This document shows, in pieces, positions 8,800-18,184 of a stretch of DNA of 32,000 bases; the first letter of the stretch is position 1; each line of letters begins with the position of its first letter. The position numbers and the translations under genes were made by a program. The notes below the pieces were generated by a model. It saw nothing but the letters and a program-made list of their open reading frames with translations. It did not search any database and was not told where the DNA came from. The stretch lies in contig DXJG01000002.1 of the NCBI GenBank assembly GCA_019056805.1, positions 580,203 to 612,202 on the forward strand. The letters are read 5' to 3'. This DNA is from Candidatus Baldrarchaeota archaeon (GTDB taxonomy: Archaea > Asgardarchaeota > Baldrarchaeia > Baldrarchaeales > DXJG01).

Positions 8800-9192
8800 A
8801 TGTTTGGCTATAAAAGCCAGCGAAACAATTCGATAATGTCTGACCCTCTAATTTTAAAGTCTTTTGGTTCTAGTTTTGTTGAAATTTCGCCTTTTCTCGA
8901 TGAAGTTCTTAAAACTTTGATAAAAATTTGTAAACATAGATTAACAGCAAAACAGAAGAAAATTCTCATCTATTTATACGAAACGAAGTACGGGGACTGT
9001 ACATTTTCTAAATTAGCTTTAAAATTGTCAAAAAAACTCAGAATGCCATTAAGTACAGTGAAACACGTACTAAGAACACTAAGAGAATGTGGACTAATTT
9101 TAGCGGGAGATCAATACAATAAGGGCAGTTTAGCAAGACTTTCAAAAGTAGGTGAAATTGTAGCAGAAGAACTAATTTATGGAGTGATATAA
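8800..9192 (+). CDS. Winged helix-turn-helix protein, putative transcription regulator
   Basis: [12 protein letters not shown]...[32 protein letters not shown]...LSKVG pattern. SD AAGGTGG before ATG 8800 (track start GTG 8794). Stop is 1 bp before trpB2. Confidence 0.75.
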   Translation: MFGYKSQRNNSIMSDPLILKSFGSSFVEISPFLDEVLKTLIKICKHRLTAKQKKILIYLYETKYGDCTFSKLALKLSKKLRMPLSTVKHVLRTLRECGLILAGDQYNKGSLARLSKVGEIVAEELIYGVI

Positions 9193-9193
9193 A

Positions 9194-10546
9194 ATGAAAA
9201 TTTTACTTGACATAGATGAAATACCAAACTACTGGTATAACATATTATCAGACCTGCCAAAACCACTCCCACCGCCACTTAATCCTAAAACAAAAACGCC
9301 ACTTAATTCAAACGATTTAAAGAGAATTTTCGTAGAAGAATGCGTAAAACAAGAAGTATCAACTCAACGCTACATAAAAATACCAAAAGAGGTAAGAGAA
9401 GCATATATTAGGGTAGGAAGGCCAACACCACTTCAAAGAGCAACAAAACTAGAGGAAACTTTGCACACGCCTGCAAAAATATTCTTCAAAAGAGAAGATG
9501 TTAGCCCTACTGGAAGCCATAAAACAAATACTGCAATAGCACAAGCCTATTATGCCTTCAAAGAAGGAGTAAAGAGATTGACAACTGAAACTGGGGCTGG
9601 ACAATGGGGCAGTGCCTTATCCCTTGCTACAACCATGTTTAATTTAAAAACAACAATATACATGACTAGAAGTTCCTATTTACAAAAACCTTACAGAAAA
9701 ATTCTAATGGAAATCTTTGGAGCTGAAGTTTTACCATCACCAAGCAACAATACATCAATAGGTAGGAAGTTCCTTCAAGAGGATCCGAATCACCCAGGAT
9801 CTCTTGGCATCGCAATAAGTGAAGCTTTAGAAGACTGTTTAACTCATGAAGACACAAAATATAGCCTAGGAAGCGTTTTGAACCATGTTTTACTACATCA
9901 AACAGTAATAGGCTTGGAAACAAAGAAACAATTTGAACAAATTAACGAATATCCAGATGTCATAATTGGATGTGTGGGTGGAGGTTCTAACTTCGCAGGA
10001 ATAGCATATCCTTTCTTACGCGACAAAATAAAAGAAGAAACATCTACAGAGTTTATTGCTGTTGAACCGTTGGCTGTACCAACATTCACAAAGGGATTAT
10101 ACGCCTATGATTATGGTGATACTGGAGAAATGACGCCTCTTCTTAAAATGTTCACGGTTGGACACATTTACAAACCGCCTCCAATCCACGCAGGCGGCCT
10201 TCGATACCATGGAGCTGCACCATCTCTATCTCTCCTAGTTAAAGAAGGTCTTGTAAAGGTTAAAGCATATGGACAAATAGAGGTCTTTGAAGCCGCAAAA
10301 CTATTCGCCAAAACTGAAGGTTTAATACCAGCACCAGAAACTGCCCACGCAGTAAAGGCAGCCATAGAAGAAGCTATAAAAGCTAGGAAAGAGAAAAAAG
10401 AAAAAACTATACTATTCAACTTTTCAGGACATGGGTTCTTCGATCTACAAGCATATCAAGAATATCTAGAAGGGAGACTTGCTAACTACACCTTGACGGA
10501 AGGTAAAATCGAGAAATCCTTGAAGTCTGTAGTTCTAGAGCCTTAA
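9194..10546 (+). CDS. trpB2: Tryptophan synthase beta chain, TrpB2 type
   Basis: [26 protein letters not shown] (PLP Lys), [43 protein letters not shown]; 450 aa. Confidence 0.95.
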   Translation: MKILLDIDEIPNYWYNILSDLPKPLPPPLNPKTKTPLNSNDLKRIFVEECVKQEVSTQRYIKIPKEVREAYIRVGRPTPLQRATKLEETLHTPAKIFFKREDVSPTGSHKTNTAIAQAYYAFKEGVKRLTTETGAGQWGSALSLATTMFNLKTTIYMTRSSYLQKPYRKILMEIFGAEVLPSPSNNTSIGRKFLQEDPNHPGSLGIAISEALEDCLTHEDTKYSLGSVLNHVLLHQTVIGLETKKQFEQINEYPDVIIGCVGGGSNFAGIAYPFLRDKIKEETSTEFIAVEPLAVPTFTKGLYAYDYGDTGEMTPLLKMFTVGHIYKPPPIHAGGLRYHGAAPSLSLLVKEGLVKVKAYGQIEVFEAAKLFAKTEGLIPAPETAHAVKAAIEEAIKARKEKKEKTILFNFSGHGFFDLQAYQEYLEGRLANYTLTEGKIEKSLKSVVLEP

Positions 10547-10848
10547 GTATATTTGGAATAGGTGATGGCGATGCTTAAGAACGATAAAACTATGATTGTC
10601 AATGGAAGGAGAATCGACAATGCATATAATACATCAAGACTCAAAAATTCTATGGAACCTAAGATTTCTAGGTGTTGCTGTAAAGTTGTAAGTAAGGAAA
10701 TGAGCGTACCAATTAGACATGCAATAGCTATTGCTGTGTAGTTCTTAGATACTTTACTTCCAGAGAGACTAGAAGATATGGAGAAGCTGCATATCATCAA
10801 GATGATGTACATTACGGCTAAAATGATTGGTAGGTTTTCAATTAACAT
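10543..10848 (-). CDS. Small membrane protein (about 3 TM helices), unknown function
   Basis: 101 aa, three hydrophobic stretches; SD GAGGTGA before ATG; 17 bp downstream of the longin gene; stop shares TTAA with the convergent trpB2 stop. Confidence 0.7.
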   Translation of the reverse strand: MLIENLPIILAVMYIILMICSFSISSSLSGSKVSKNYTAIAIACLIGTLISLLTTLQQHLEILGSIEFLSLDVLYALSILLPLTIIVLSFLSIAITYSKYT

Positions 10849-10865
10849 TTAAGTCACCTCTAATC

Positions 10866-11810
10866 TTAAATTGCATGTAATTTTTTTATTTCTTCTTTTT
10901 TTGTTAGAATGATTTCTTCTTCAATTTTTCTCCAATGTTTAAGAGCTATTTTTCCAATCAGGGGAGTAAAATATTTAGTGAACGCGATACCGATATACTG
11001 TATAATTTCCATAATTTCGGAAGGTGTACAATGCCATGCTAATTTTCTAACATCTTTAAATTCTATAGTGTGGTCATGTACTTCTATGTATTCGCTTAAC
11101 GGTTTAACAATTTCAACTATAAACTTTTTACTAATTTTTCCACCTAAAATTTCATGAATGAATTGAATTAATTTGTAAATTGATTTTTTACCGATTTCAA
11201 CTATTCTTTGCACAGGATAAACAATATCAATATCTACTAAACCATTTTTAGCAATATCTTTTATTCTAGCAATCGCTTCATCCACGTTTATCTCAACTTC
11301 TCTTGCAATTTCTTCAATCGTTTTATGACCATTTATCGTGGCAAAAAGAGGCCAAAAATCTCTACTAATTTTAACATCTTCTTCAACTCTTTTCTTTAAA
11401 ATTGGAATGTGATAAGGTTTAAGCGTCAAAACCCACAAAATTTTTTCTGCTTCCTTTTCAAATTCATCAAAAATTGCGACGTTTCCATTCCAATTTTTTA
11501 ACATTTTTCCATATTTTTCCTCAAATCTTTCAGCTAACGCTCTTAAAGCTTCTCTTGAAAGCTTATCCTCATAATCCACTACGAGTGCGCACACCGTATT
11601 TTCTCCGCTTTCAAGCATAATTTTCATATCCTCTGCATCTATGCTTTTTAAAGCCCCTTTGTGCTCTGGAGATATCTCTCTTATAAAAGATGATACTGCT
11701 GTCAAGAAACCTGACACCAAATTTGGGTCAACCTTGCTTGGAGCATAGGTTTTAGTGAATAGGGGAACACCGTTGCGATTGATGATGAATAAAGCATAGA
11801 TTCGAGGCAA
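10866..11810 (-). CDS. Longin-domain + winged-helix protein (NPRL2/Npr2-like architecture)
   Basis: N-terminal longin pattern (IYALFIINRNGVPLF...NLVSGFLTAVSSFIREI...LKSIDAEDMKIML...CALVVD...LAERFEEKY), then YHIPIL...INGHKTIEEIAREVEINVDEAIARIKDIAKNGLV; TTG start with SD GAGGTG. Confidence 0.8.
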   Translation of the reverse strand: MPRIYALFIINRNGVPLFTKTYAPSKVDPNLVSGFLTAVSSFIREISPEHKGALKSIDAEDMKIMLESGENTVCALVVDYEDKLSREALRALAERFEEKYGKMLKNWNGNVAIFDEFEKEAEKILWVLTLKPYHIPILKKRVEEDVKISRDFWPLFATINGHKTIEEIAREVEINVDEAIARIKDIAKNGLVDIDIVYPVQRIVEIGKKSIYKLIQFIHEILGGKISKKFIVEIVKPLSEYIEVHDHTIEFKDVRKLAWHCTPSEIMEIIQYIGIAFTKYFTPLIGKIALKHWRKIEEEIILTKKEEIKKLHAI

Positions 11811-11979
11811 CTATGACACCTCTTTCTCATTCTATAAAGAAACTTTTCCCTTTAAAATTTCCTTCGACAAATTTAAACACAAAACATATCAGTGTAAGAA
11901 AGTTGTGTAAACGCAAATGATAAGTTTTTATTAAAATTAAAAGATATCGACTTGTACTTTAAGCAGAGAGTGACACTAA

Positions 11980-12930
11980 ATGAGAAACTATAAAGATATT
12001 CACAGATTGCTACCTCCTGTTAAACTAAAAATCAACAGAGTTGGAGTTAAAAACTTAAAAAAGAAGATTGTCAGAGAGTGTAATGGAACGATAGAAGTGT
12101 TAAATGCAAAGATTAACGCCTATGTGAATGTTCCAGCCACTTTAAAAGGGGCACATGTATCTAGGAACTTGGAAGCGGTTAATGAGATAATAGAAGAAGC
12201 AATAAAAGGCAAAATATTTAATCTTGAAGACTTTTGCACAGAACTAGCTAAAAAACTATTAGAAAAACACGAATATGCGTCAAATTCAGAGGTAAGCTTA
12301 GAAGCGGAATATTCGATGGAGAAAAAAACTCCTATAACAAAACTTTCAACACAACAAATGTACACAATACATGCAGGAGCATTCGTTTGGAAAGAAAACG
12401 AAAAAATAAAGGGTAGAAAGTGGATAGGAATCGAAGTCGAAGGTTTAACAGTTTGTCCATGTGCTCAAGAACTAGTAAGAGGATATGTAGAACAAAAACT
12501 TCTAGATATAGGTCTAAACAGAAATTTAATAGATAAAATTATGAAAAACATTCCAATAGCTTCTCATCTACAACGAGGAAAAGCAACATTTATAGTTCAC
12601 ATATGGGATCATGAAAAAGTTGATTTTAAAGACTTAATTGAAATTGTTGAAGCCTCATTTAGCTCACCCATACTTGAACTTTTAAAACGTCCAGATGAAC
12701 AGCAACTCGTAATAAAAGCACATGAAAAACCAAAGTTTGCTGAAGATGTCGTTCGAATTATGCTTATAAAATTCTTAGAAAAATATGGAGAAAAGCTTTC
12801 AGATGATACATTTTTAATAGCTCAACAAGAAAGCTTTGAATCTATTCACAGACATAATCTGTATGCTGAAAGAGTTTTAACACTTGGAGAACTAAAAAGA
12901 GAAATAAACGGGGGGAATGTAAATGTATAG
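11980..12930 (+). CDS. mptA: GTP cyclohydrolase, MptA/FolE2 family
   Basis: RVGVKNL, GAHVSRNLE, TVCPCAQ, SHLQRG, LLKRPDE, PKFAEDVVR, ESIHRHN. Confidence 0.92.
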   Translation: MRNYKDIHRLLPPVKLKINRVGVKNLKKKIVRECNGTIEVLNAKINAYVNVPATLKGAHVSRNLEAVNEIIEEAIKGKIFNLEDFCTELAKKLLEKHEYASNSEVSLEAEYSMEKKTPITKLSTQQMYTIHAGAFVWKENEKIKGRKWIGIEVEGLTVCPCAQELVRGYVEQKLLDIGLNRNLIDKIMKNIPIASHLQRGKATFIVHIWDHEKVDFKDLIEIVEASFSSPILELLKRPDEQQLVIKAHEKPKFAEDVVRIMLIKFLEKYGEKLSDDTFLIAQQESFESIHRHNLYAERVLTLGELKREINGGNVNV

Positions 12931-13378
12931 TTTAAGGGTTGGAGGAGTTAAAATAAAATTTTCATCAGCTCATTTTCTCGTAGGTCATCCTAAGTGTGGC
13001 CGTTTACATGGACATAACTGGCTGGTTACAGTTGAGTTCAAAGGACAAGTAGGAGAAGACGGAATGATTATAGATTTTATGGATGTTAAAAAATATTTGA
13101 AAGAGATCATTGAGCCATTAGATCATAAACTTCTAATACCAGCTGTATCCCCTGGCGTAAATGTCAAAGCGAAAAACGATAGGGTTGAATTAGAGCAGGG
13201 AGGTAAACTATATATTTTGCCTAAAGAAGATGTGCATCTTTTACCGTTAAAAGCTATAACGTGTGAAACACTTGCAAAATATATCTATGATAAAGTTAAG
13301 AGTAAATATAGAAACTTATCGATGAAAGTTTATGTTTCTGAGGATATTGGTGTTGAGGCAAGTTACGGTGAAATTTAG
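12923..13378 (+). CDS. queD: 6-carboxytetrahydropterin synthase / PTPS family
   Basis: FSSAHF, CGRLHGHNW (C-X3-HGH, QueD/PTPS-I signature), DFMDVKK, LDHKLL, TCETLA; 8-nt overlap with mptA. Confidence 0.88.
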   Translation: MYSLRVGGVKIKFSSAHFLVGHPKCGRLHGHNWLVTVEFKGQVGEDGMIIDFMDVKKYLKEIIEPLDHKLLIPAVSPGVNVKAKNDRVELEQGGKLYILPKEDVHLLPLKAITCETLAKYIYDKVKSKYRNLSMKVYVSEDIGVEASYGEI

Positions 13379-14557
13379 GTGATAGATTTGGAGAGGGTTG
13401 CAATCATAAAAATTGAAAACGACAATGTTTATGATGCTGTGAAGAAGGCAATAGAAGCAGCTGAACAACCAGACCTTAGTTCGGGAGACACCGTAATCGT
13501 TAAACCAAATCTATGTGCACCAAAACCCTATGATAGTGGCGTAATAACAAATATAGAAGTCATAAAAGCTGTTTGCAAATATCTAGTTGAAGAAATGAAT
13601 GTAAAAACTTTCGTAGGAGATATGCCAATAGTTGGATGGGATCCCAAAGAAGTCTATCAGGAACTTAGAATAAAGGAAGAAGTTGAAAAAGTTGGTGCAC
13701 AATTTCTAGATTTTAGTGAAGAGGAATTCATAAAAATAGAAGTTCCAGATGGAAAAAAGCTTAAATCAGTTAAAATATTGAAAAGGGCTTTCGAAGTAGA
13801 CGGAATTATTAGTTTACCTGTCATGAAAAATCATTTCTTAACTGGAGTAACCTTATCAATAAAAAATCTAAAAGGCTTAATTGCTCAAGATCAAAGAACA
13901 AAAATACATGTTTTAGGGCTTCACGAACCAATAGTAGATCTATTTCAAGCATTAAAAAACCAGATAAAATATGCAATTGTAGATGGTACTTATGCGGCAA
14001 ATCAAGTAAAACCTTCAGGCCCATACTATGGGCCTATAGAGCCTGGAGAAATAGTAAAAATGAATCTCATCATAGCTGGAAGAGATCCAGTGGCCGTAGA
14101 TGCAGTAACTAGCAGAGTTATGGGATTTGACCCTAAAAAAATAAAAATTATTAGCATTGCTGCTGAAAGATGTCTTGGAGAGATAGAAGATATCGAGGTC
14201 GTTGGTGAGGAAGCTAAACCTATCAAAAAATTCAAACCGAGTTTCACAGGAAGAATAATATCATTTGTTAGTAGAATCTGGGCTAGTAGAATGCTTAATC
14301 CTCTTCTACATCCATTTGCAAAGAAACTTTACGGTCCACAAATGGTTACTTTAAGTAAGGCTCAAAAAGAAGTTGGAGAAGGAAAGAAAGGCACTGTTAT
14401 CCTTGTAGGTGAATGTGACGGTTGTGGTGTTTGTGTTAAATCTTGCAAAGTAAATAATATTCAGCTTGTGGATGGAAAGCCGATTATAGGCGATAAATGT
14501 ATAAAATGTTTCATTTGCGTTGAAGTTTGTCCGAAATCAGCACTAGCAATTCAGTAA
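13379..14557 (+). CDS. DUF362 family protein with C-terminal 2x[4Fe-4S] ferredoxin domain
   Basis: VIVKPNL, SLPVMKNH..GVTLSIKNLKG, AGRDPVAVDA; CDGCGVCVKSC and CIKCFICVEVCP; GTG abuts the queD stop. Confidence 0.85.
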   Translation: MIDLERVAIIKIENDNVYDAVKKAIEAAEQPDLSSGDTVIVKPNLCAPKPYDSGVITNIEVIKAVCKYLVEEMNVKTFVGDMPIVGWDPKEVYQELRIKEEVEKVGAQFLDFSEEEFIKIEVPDGKKLKSVKILKRAFEVDGIISLPVMKNHFLTGVTLSIKNLKGLIAQDQRTKIHVLGLHEPIVDLFQALKNQIKYAIVDGTYAANQVKPSGPYYGPIEPGEIVKMNLIIAGRDPVAVDAVTSRVMGFDPKKIKIISIAAERCLGEIEDIEVVGEEAKPIKKFKPSFTGRIISFVSRIWASRMLNPLLHPFAKKLYGPQMVTLSKAQKEVGEGKKGTVILVGECDGCGVCVKSCKVNNIQLVDGKPIIGDKCIKCFICVEVCPKSALAIQ

Positions 14558-14618
14558 CCTAAATTGTTACATAATACGGAATCATAAGTTTAATTTGTGT
14601 AGAAAAAAGAAAATTAGA

Positions 14619-15563
14619 TTATATTTTTTCTATATCAACTTCTTTTCTCCCGATTTTAGCTATTTCTGTAAGTGCGTAAAATCTTCTTTGAATCTGAGGG
14701 TTCAAACATTCTCCAATGGCACTTCCCAACATTCCGATTGCTAAAACCAGAAATCCAAGGCAGACACCAGGAGGTACAAGAATCCACCATGCACCAACTT
14801 GAAGTGCACCCATACTTTGCGAATAAGCCAACATAGCACCCCAAGTAAAAATATAAGGCACATCTTGTTGTTCAGAAGTTCCTAATCTTCTTTTAAAACC
14901 TAAGTATGCTAACCCAGCCTGAAGAAGAACAGATAAAGCAGCAGTATACATTAGAGAGGCAATAGCAACAGGTACAATATCTGGGAGAATTACTTTAAAA
15001 AGTATATACCTATCACTAGCCCCAATAGCCTTCGTAGCTTCTACGTATCCCTCTTCCTTTACAACTAAAACGTAGGATTTCACTGTTTTTGCGGTAATAG
15101 GCCAAGTAGTTAACCCAACAATGCCAATAAAACCAAGTAAATTTGGTGTAGTTTCTAGAAAAACCCATCCAACAAAAATTATCAAGGGTATTCCTAGAAG
15201 AGCATCAGTAATTCTATCTAAGATATATGCAAACCATTTTCCCGTGTAATAACCAGAAATCAAACCCACAACAATTCCAATGACAAGAGCGATAGTTATC
15301 GAGGCAAAAGCCATTAAGAGAGTCAAGGGAGTATATTTAATAAGCATTAAAAACACGTCTTGACCAAAACCATTTGTACCAAAAGGATGTTTCAAAGAGG
15401 GTAAGGCGAACGTTTCCCTAAAATTATATGGATTTTGCGGATTAAATATAAGATCGTAGATAGAAAAGAAAGCAAAAATAGAAAGCACAATTAAACTAAA
15501 TTTTGCCTTACCATTCCTAGCAAATTCCTTCAGGAAAGCTTTAATGTTTAGAGACGTCTCCAT
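14619..15563 (-). CDS. dppC: Peptide/nickel ABC transporter permease, DppC/OppC-like
   Basis: HPFGTNGFGQDV, EAA loop YVEATKAIGAS, TWGAML, WWILVPPG; ATG 15563 follows GAAGGAG (track start 15581). Confidence 0.9.
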   Translation of the reverse strand: METSLNIKAFLKEFARNGKAKFSLIVLSIFAFFSIYDLIFNPQNPYNFRETFALPSLKHPFGTNGFGQDVFLMLIKYTPLTLLMAFASITIALVIGIVVGLISGYYTGKWFAYILDRITDALLGIPLIIFVGWVFLETTPNLLGFIGIVGLTTWPITAKTVKSYVLVVKEEGYVEATKAIGASDRYILFKVILPDIVPVAIASLMYTAALSVLLQAGLAYLGFKRRLGTSEQQDVPYIFTWGAMLAYSQSMGALQVGAWWILVPPGVCLGFLVLAIGMLGSAIGECLNPQIQRRFYALTEIAKIGRKEVDIEKI

Positions 15564-15564
15564 G

Positions 15565-16503
15565 TTAGCCCTCTCCTTCAAAACGTATTCGAGGATCTAG
15601 AAAAGCGTATGAAACATCAAGCACATAAATGGTCGCAATAACAACGAGAGAGAAAAGCAAAAAACTAGCTAGCAGCAAACCTAAATCTGGGCCAAAAATA
15701 AACCCTGTAGCACTTCTGTAAAGTAAAAATCCAAGCCCTTGTATCGAAAATAATACTTCCGTGAGAATAATGTTTGTGGAGAAAAGCACTAAACTTAAAC
15801 CAAACATACTTAAAGAAGGAAGAATAGCTGCTCTAGCAGCATGCTTATGAATAATATCTTTTTCGCTAAGTCCTTTGGCTTTAGCGGTTCTAATAAAATC
15901 TTCATTTAAAATTCCAATCATAGAATTTCGCATAATAATGTAAAAAATTCCTGTACTTGTTAAAGTAAGAGAAAGAACTGGTAGGAAAATATGTTTTACA
16001 AGATCCAAAATGTAGGCAGCCGGATTTTCGGGAAAAGTGTATCTAAGGGGGATTTCATGCAAGCCAAAGGTTGGAAACCAGCCTAAACCAACAGAAAAAA
16101 TTAGAAGAAGCAACATACCGATCCAAAAAACAGGCAAACCATACATGAAGAGCCAAAAACCAGTATAAACATCGTCTTCTATGCTTTCACGTTTCCACGC
16201 ACCTCTAGCGCCCATAATATAGCCTATAATTATTGATATAACTATTGCTGGAAGCAGAATAATAAGAGTTCTAAAAACTCCGATCTCTATAGCTTCAATT
16301 GTAGGTATACCCCAGCGAGATTTACCAAATTTTTCAACGAAAATAAATTTAAGATAAGCTAAAAAACTCTGTAAGATTGAAACTTGAGGATAAATCTTAG
16401 AAAGTGGAAGATAAAAGAATGCATAAAACCCCATAAAGAACACAATTATATAAGTAACCATCGAATCCACTAATCGTCTAAGAATATATCTCCGCAATCC
16501 CAT
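15565..16503 (-). CDS. dppB: Peptide/nickel ABC transporter permease, DppB/OppB-like
   Basis: MGLRRYILRRL, GLPVFWIG, GWFPTFG, HIFLPVLSL, EAA loop FIRTAKAKGLS, LDPRIR; ATG 16503 follows GAGGG (track start 16539). Confidence 0.9.
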   Translation of the reverse strand: MGLRRYILRRLVDSMVTYIIVFFMGFYAFFYLPLSKIYPQVSILQSFLAYLKFIFVEKFGKSRWGIPTIEAIEIGVFRTLIILLPAIVISIIIGYIMGARGAWKRESIEDDVYTGFWLFMYGLPVFWIGMLLLLIFSVGLGWFPTFGLHEIPLRYTFPENPAAYILDLVKHIFLPVLSLTLTSTGIFYIIMRNSMIGILNEDFIRTAKAKGLSEKDIIHKHAARAAILPSLSMFGLSLVLFSTNIILTEVLFSIQGLGFLLYRSATGFIFGPDLGLLLASFLLFSLVVIATIYVLDVSYAFLDPRIRFEGEG

Positions 16504-16617
16504 TACAAATCCCTCAATAGGTATCAAAAAGTGTAACACAGAGATAATTTATTGCTTCTCATTGTGGCAAATCGAAAAAATCGACAAATAATATTTTAAT
16601 TGTTAAAATGGTATAAT

Positions 16618-16639
16618 TCTTGTTACGAAAATAACAAGA
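16618..16639. promoter_or_regulatory. Perfect 8-bp inverted repeat between MFS and dppB
   Basis: TCTTGTTA-CGAAAA-TAACAAGA, 15 bp past the MFS stop and upstream of AT-rich promoter-like DNA for dppB. Confidence 0.4.
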
Positions 16640-16654
16640 TGCCTTATTATTAAA

Positions 16655-17839
16655 TTAATGTTGTGATAATTTGTAAAGTACAATTGCAAAGATAAGCAAA
16701 GTGAACTGCAGATAGAAAGGTGCTAATGGTGCAATTCTATGTGCCATTGTTCCAGCTATTAAAGGTGCTAAGATTCCAAGAGTTCTATGTATTGAAGAGA
16801 TTGTACCTAGAATACTTCCTCTCATATTGGATGGGATGAATTCGAAAAGATAAGATCGATGGAATATAAGCCAAATAGTGTGACCAAGTTCCATAACCAT
16901 GGTGGCTACAAAAAGAAGCGTAAAAATTTGTATGGAACTTAATTTCCAATATTCTAAGGTTCCGGTGAAAATCGCGTAAATGGTCATCAAAATTACTCCT
17001 GTATAAAGCATTTTGAATCTACTTTCTTTACCAGCTTTATCGGCGATGAAAGACGCGAAAATACTTGTACTTGAGATAGCAACTTCTATGAGAACAACAA
17101 AGAATACGCTAAGTGATAAAACGTTGAAAATATAGTTATCTAAAACCAATCCATAAGTTAGTCCAAAGCTAAAAACTATAAGTATCTCAGCAGCGGCCAC
17201 AGATAAAATCTCCCTAGGAATCTTTGCTTTACCCTTTTCCTTCAACCTAACAGTTTGTGAGGTTTCAGGAAGAAGTTTTTGAATATATATTAGAAAGAAG
17301 ACGGAAGATAAACCGGAGATAATAAAGAGCATTCTAAAAGCTTCAAGGGATGTGAAGAAAAAACCAAGTAAAATACCAATAATCGGGAAGGTTATAAGTT
17401 GAGCAGCTTCAGGTAGAGCCATATGGTAAACATAAACTTTTTCTCTAATATCTTCAGGGTAGGCATCTCTTTCATAAACTTGATATGAAACCGTGAAAAC
17501 TCCGCCAATCCTTTCTAAAAAACTACCTAGTATGATGTGAATTGGAGATGTTGCATAAGCATAAATAAAATTTGCGGAAGCAAAAGTTACTTCTATAATA
17601 GACATAGCAGTCTTGACAGATAACGCTTTGTCTAATGCTCTACCTATTAAGAAGGTGAATACAACACCCATTAAAGCTGAAACGGCATAAAGAATACCAG
17701 CCATTTCGACATTAAAACCTAGCTTAAACAGATAAACTGGAAATATAACATCAACGATGAGGAAAGGTGAAGCAAGAGTATAGTAAATTATAAGCCTTTT
17801 AGCAGCTAATGGAAATGATCTGAACTCTTTTAACACCAT
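16655..17839 (-). CDS. MFS transporter
   Basis: 394 aa, ~12 TM; GRALDKALS and IADKAGKE loop motifs; NMRGSILG before TM11. Confidence 0.85.
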   Translation of the reverse strand: MVLKEFRSFPLAAKRLIIYYTLASPFLIVDVIFPVYLFKLGFNVEMAGILYAVSALMGVVFTFLIGRALDKALSVKTAMSIIEVTFASANFIYAYATSPIHIILGSFLERIGGVFTVSYQVYERDAYPEDIREKVYVYHMALPEAAQLITFPIIGILLGFFFTSLEAFRMLFIISGLSSVFFLIYIQKLLPETSQTVRLKEKGKAKIPREILSVAAAEILIVFSFGLTYGLVLDNYIFNVLSLSVFFVVLIEVAISSTSIFASFIADKAGKESRFKMLYTGVILMTIYAIFTGTLEYWKLSSIQIFTLLFVATMVMELGHTIWLIFHRSYLFEFIPSNMRGSILGTISSIHRTLGILAPLIAGTMAHRIAPLAPFYLQFTLLIFAIVLYKLSQH

Positions 17840-18184
17840 GACCGCCCTTCGATAACTAGCATTTATCTGAGTATCAAGAATGGACTGTGATATTAAAAAC
17901 CGAAAACTATTATTTTAAATATTTTTGGCACATCTCTTAGCCGTGTCTATTAAAGCTAGAAGTAAAATGGTAACTAAGCTTTTTACTTTAAAGGTAACGG
18001 TTCCGCTGTATGTATCTCTTTTGCGAATATTTTAAGTTTATAGACATTTTTCCGCGATTTTCTAAAGGATAACTATATAAATACTGTAATACATAGTTCA
18101 TTATCCATTTTTAATCTCTACTATGACCCGTAGACCCTCGTTAAGATGGATTATACAGCTAAACAATATTTAGAGGTTAAATAG

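Noticed and set aside
17960-17988. AAGTAAAA-N13-TTTTACTT inverted repeat
   Set aside because: Almost all A/T; expected by chance at this composition.
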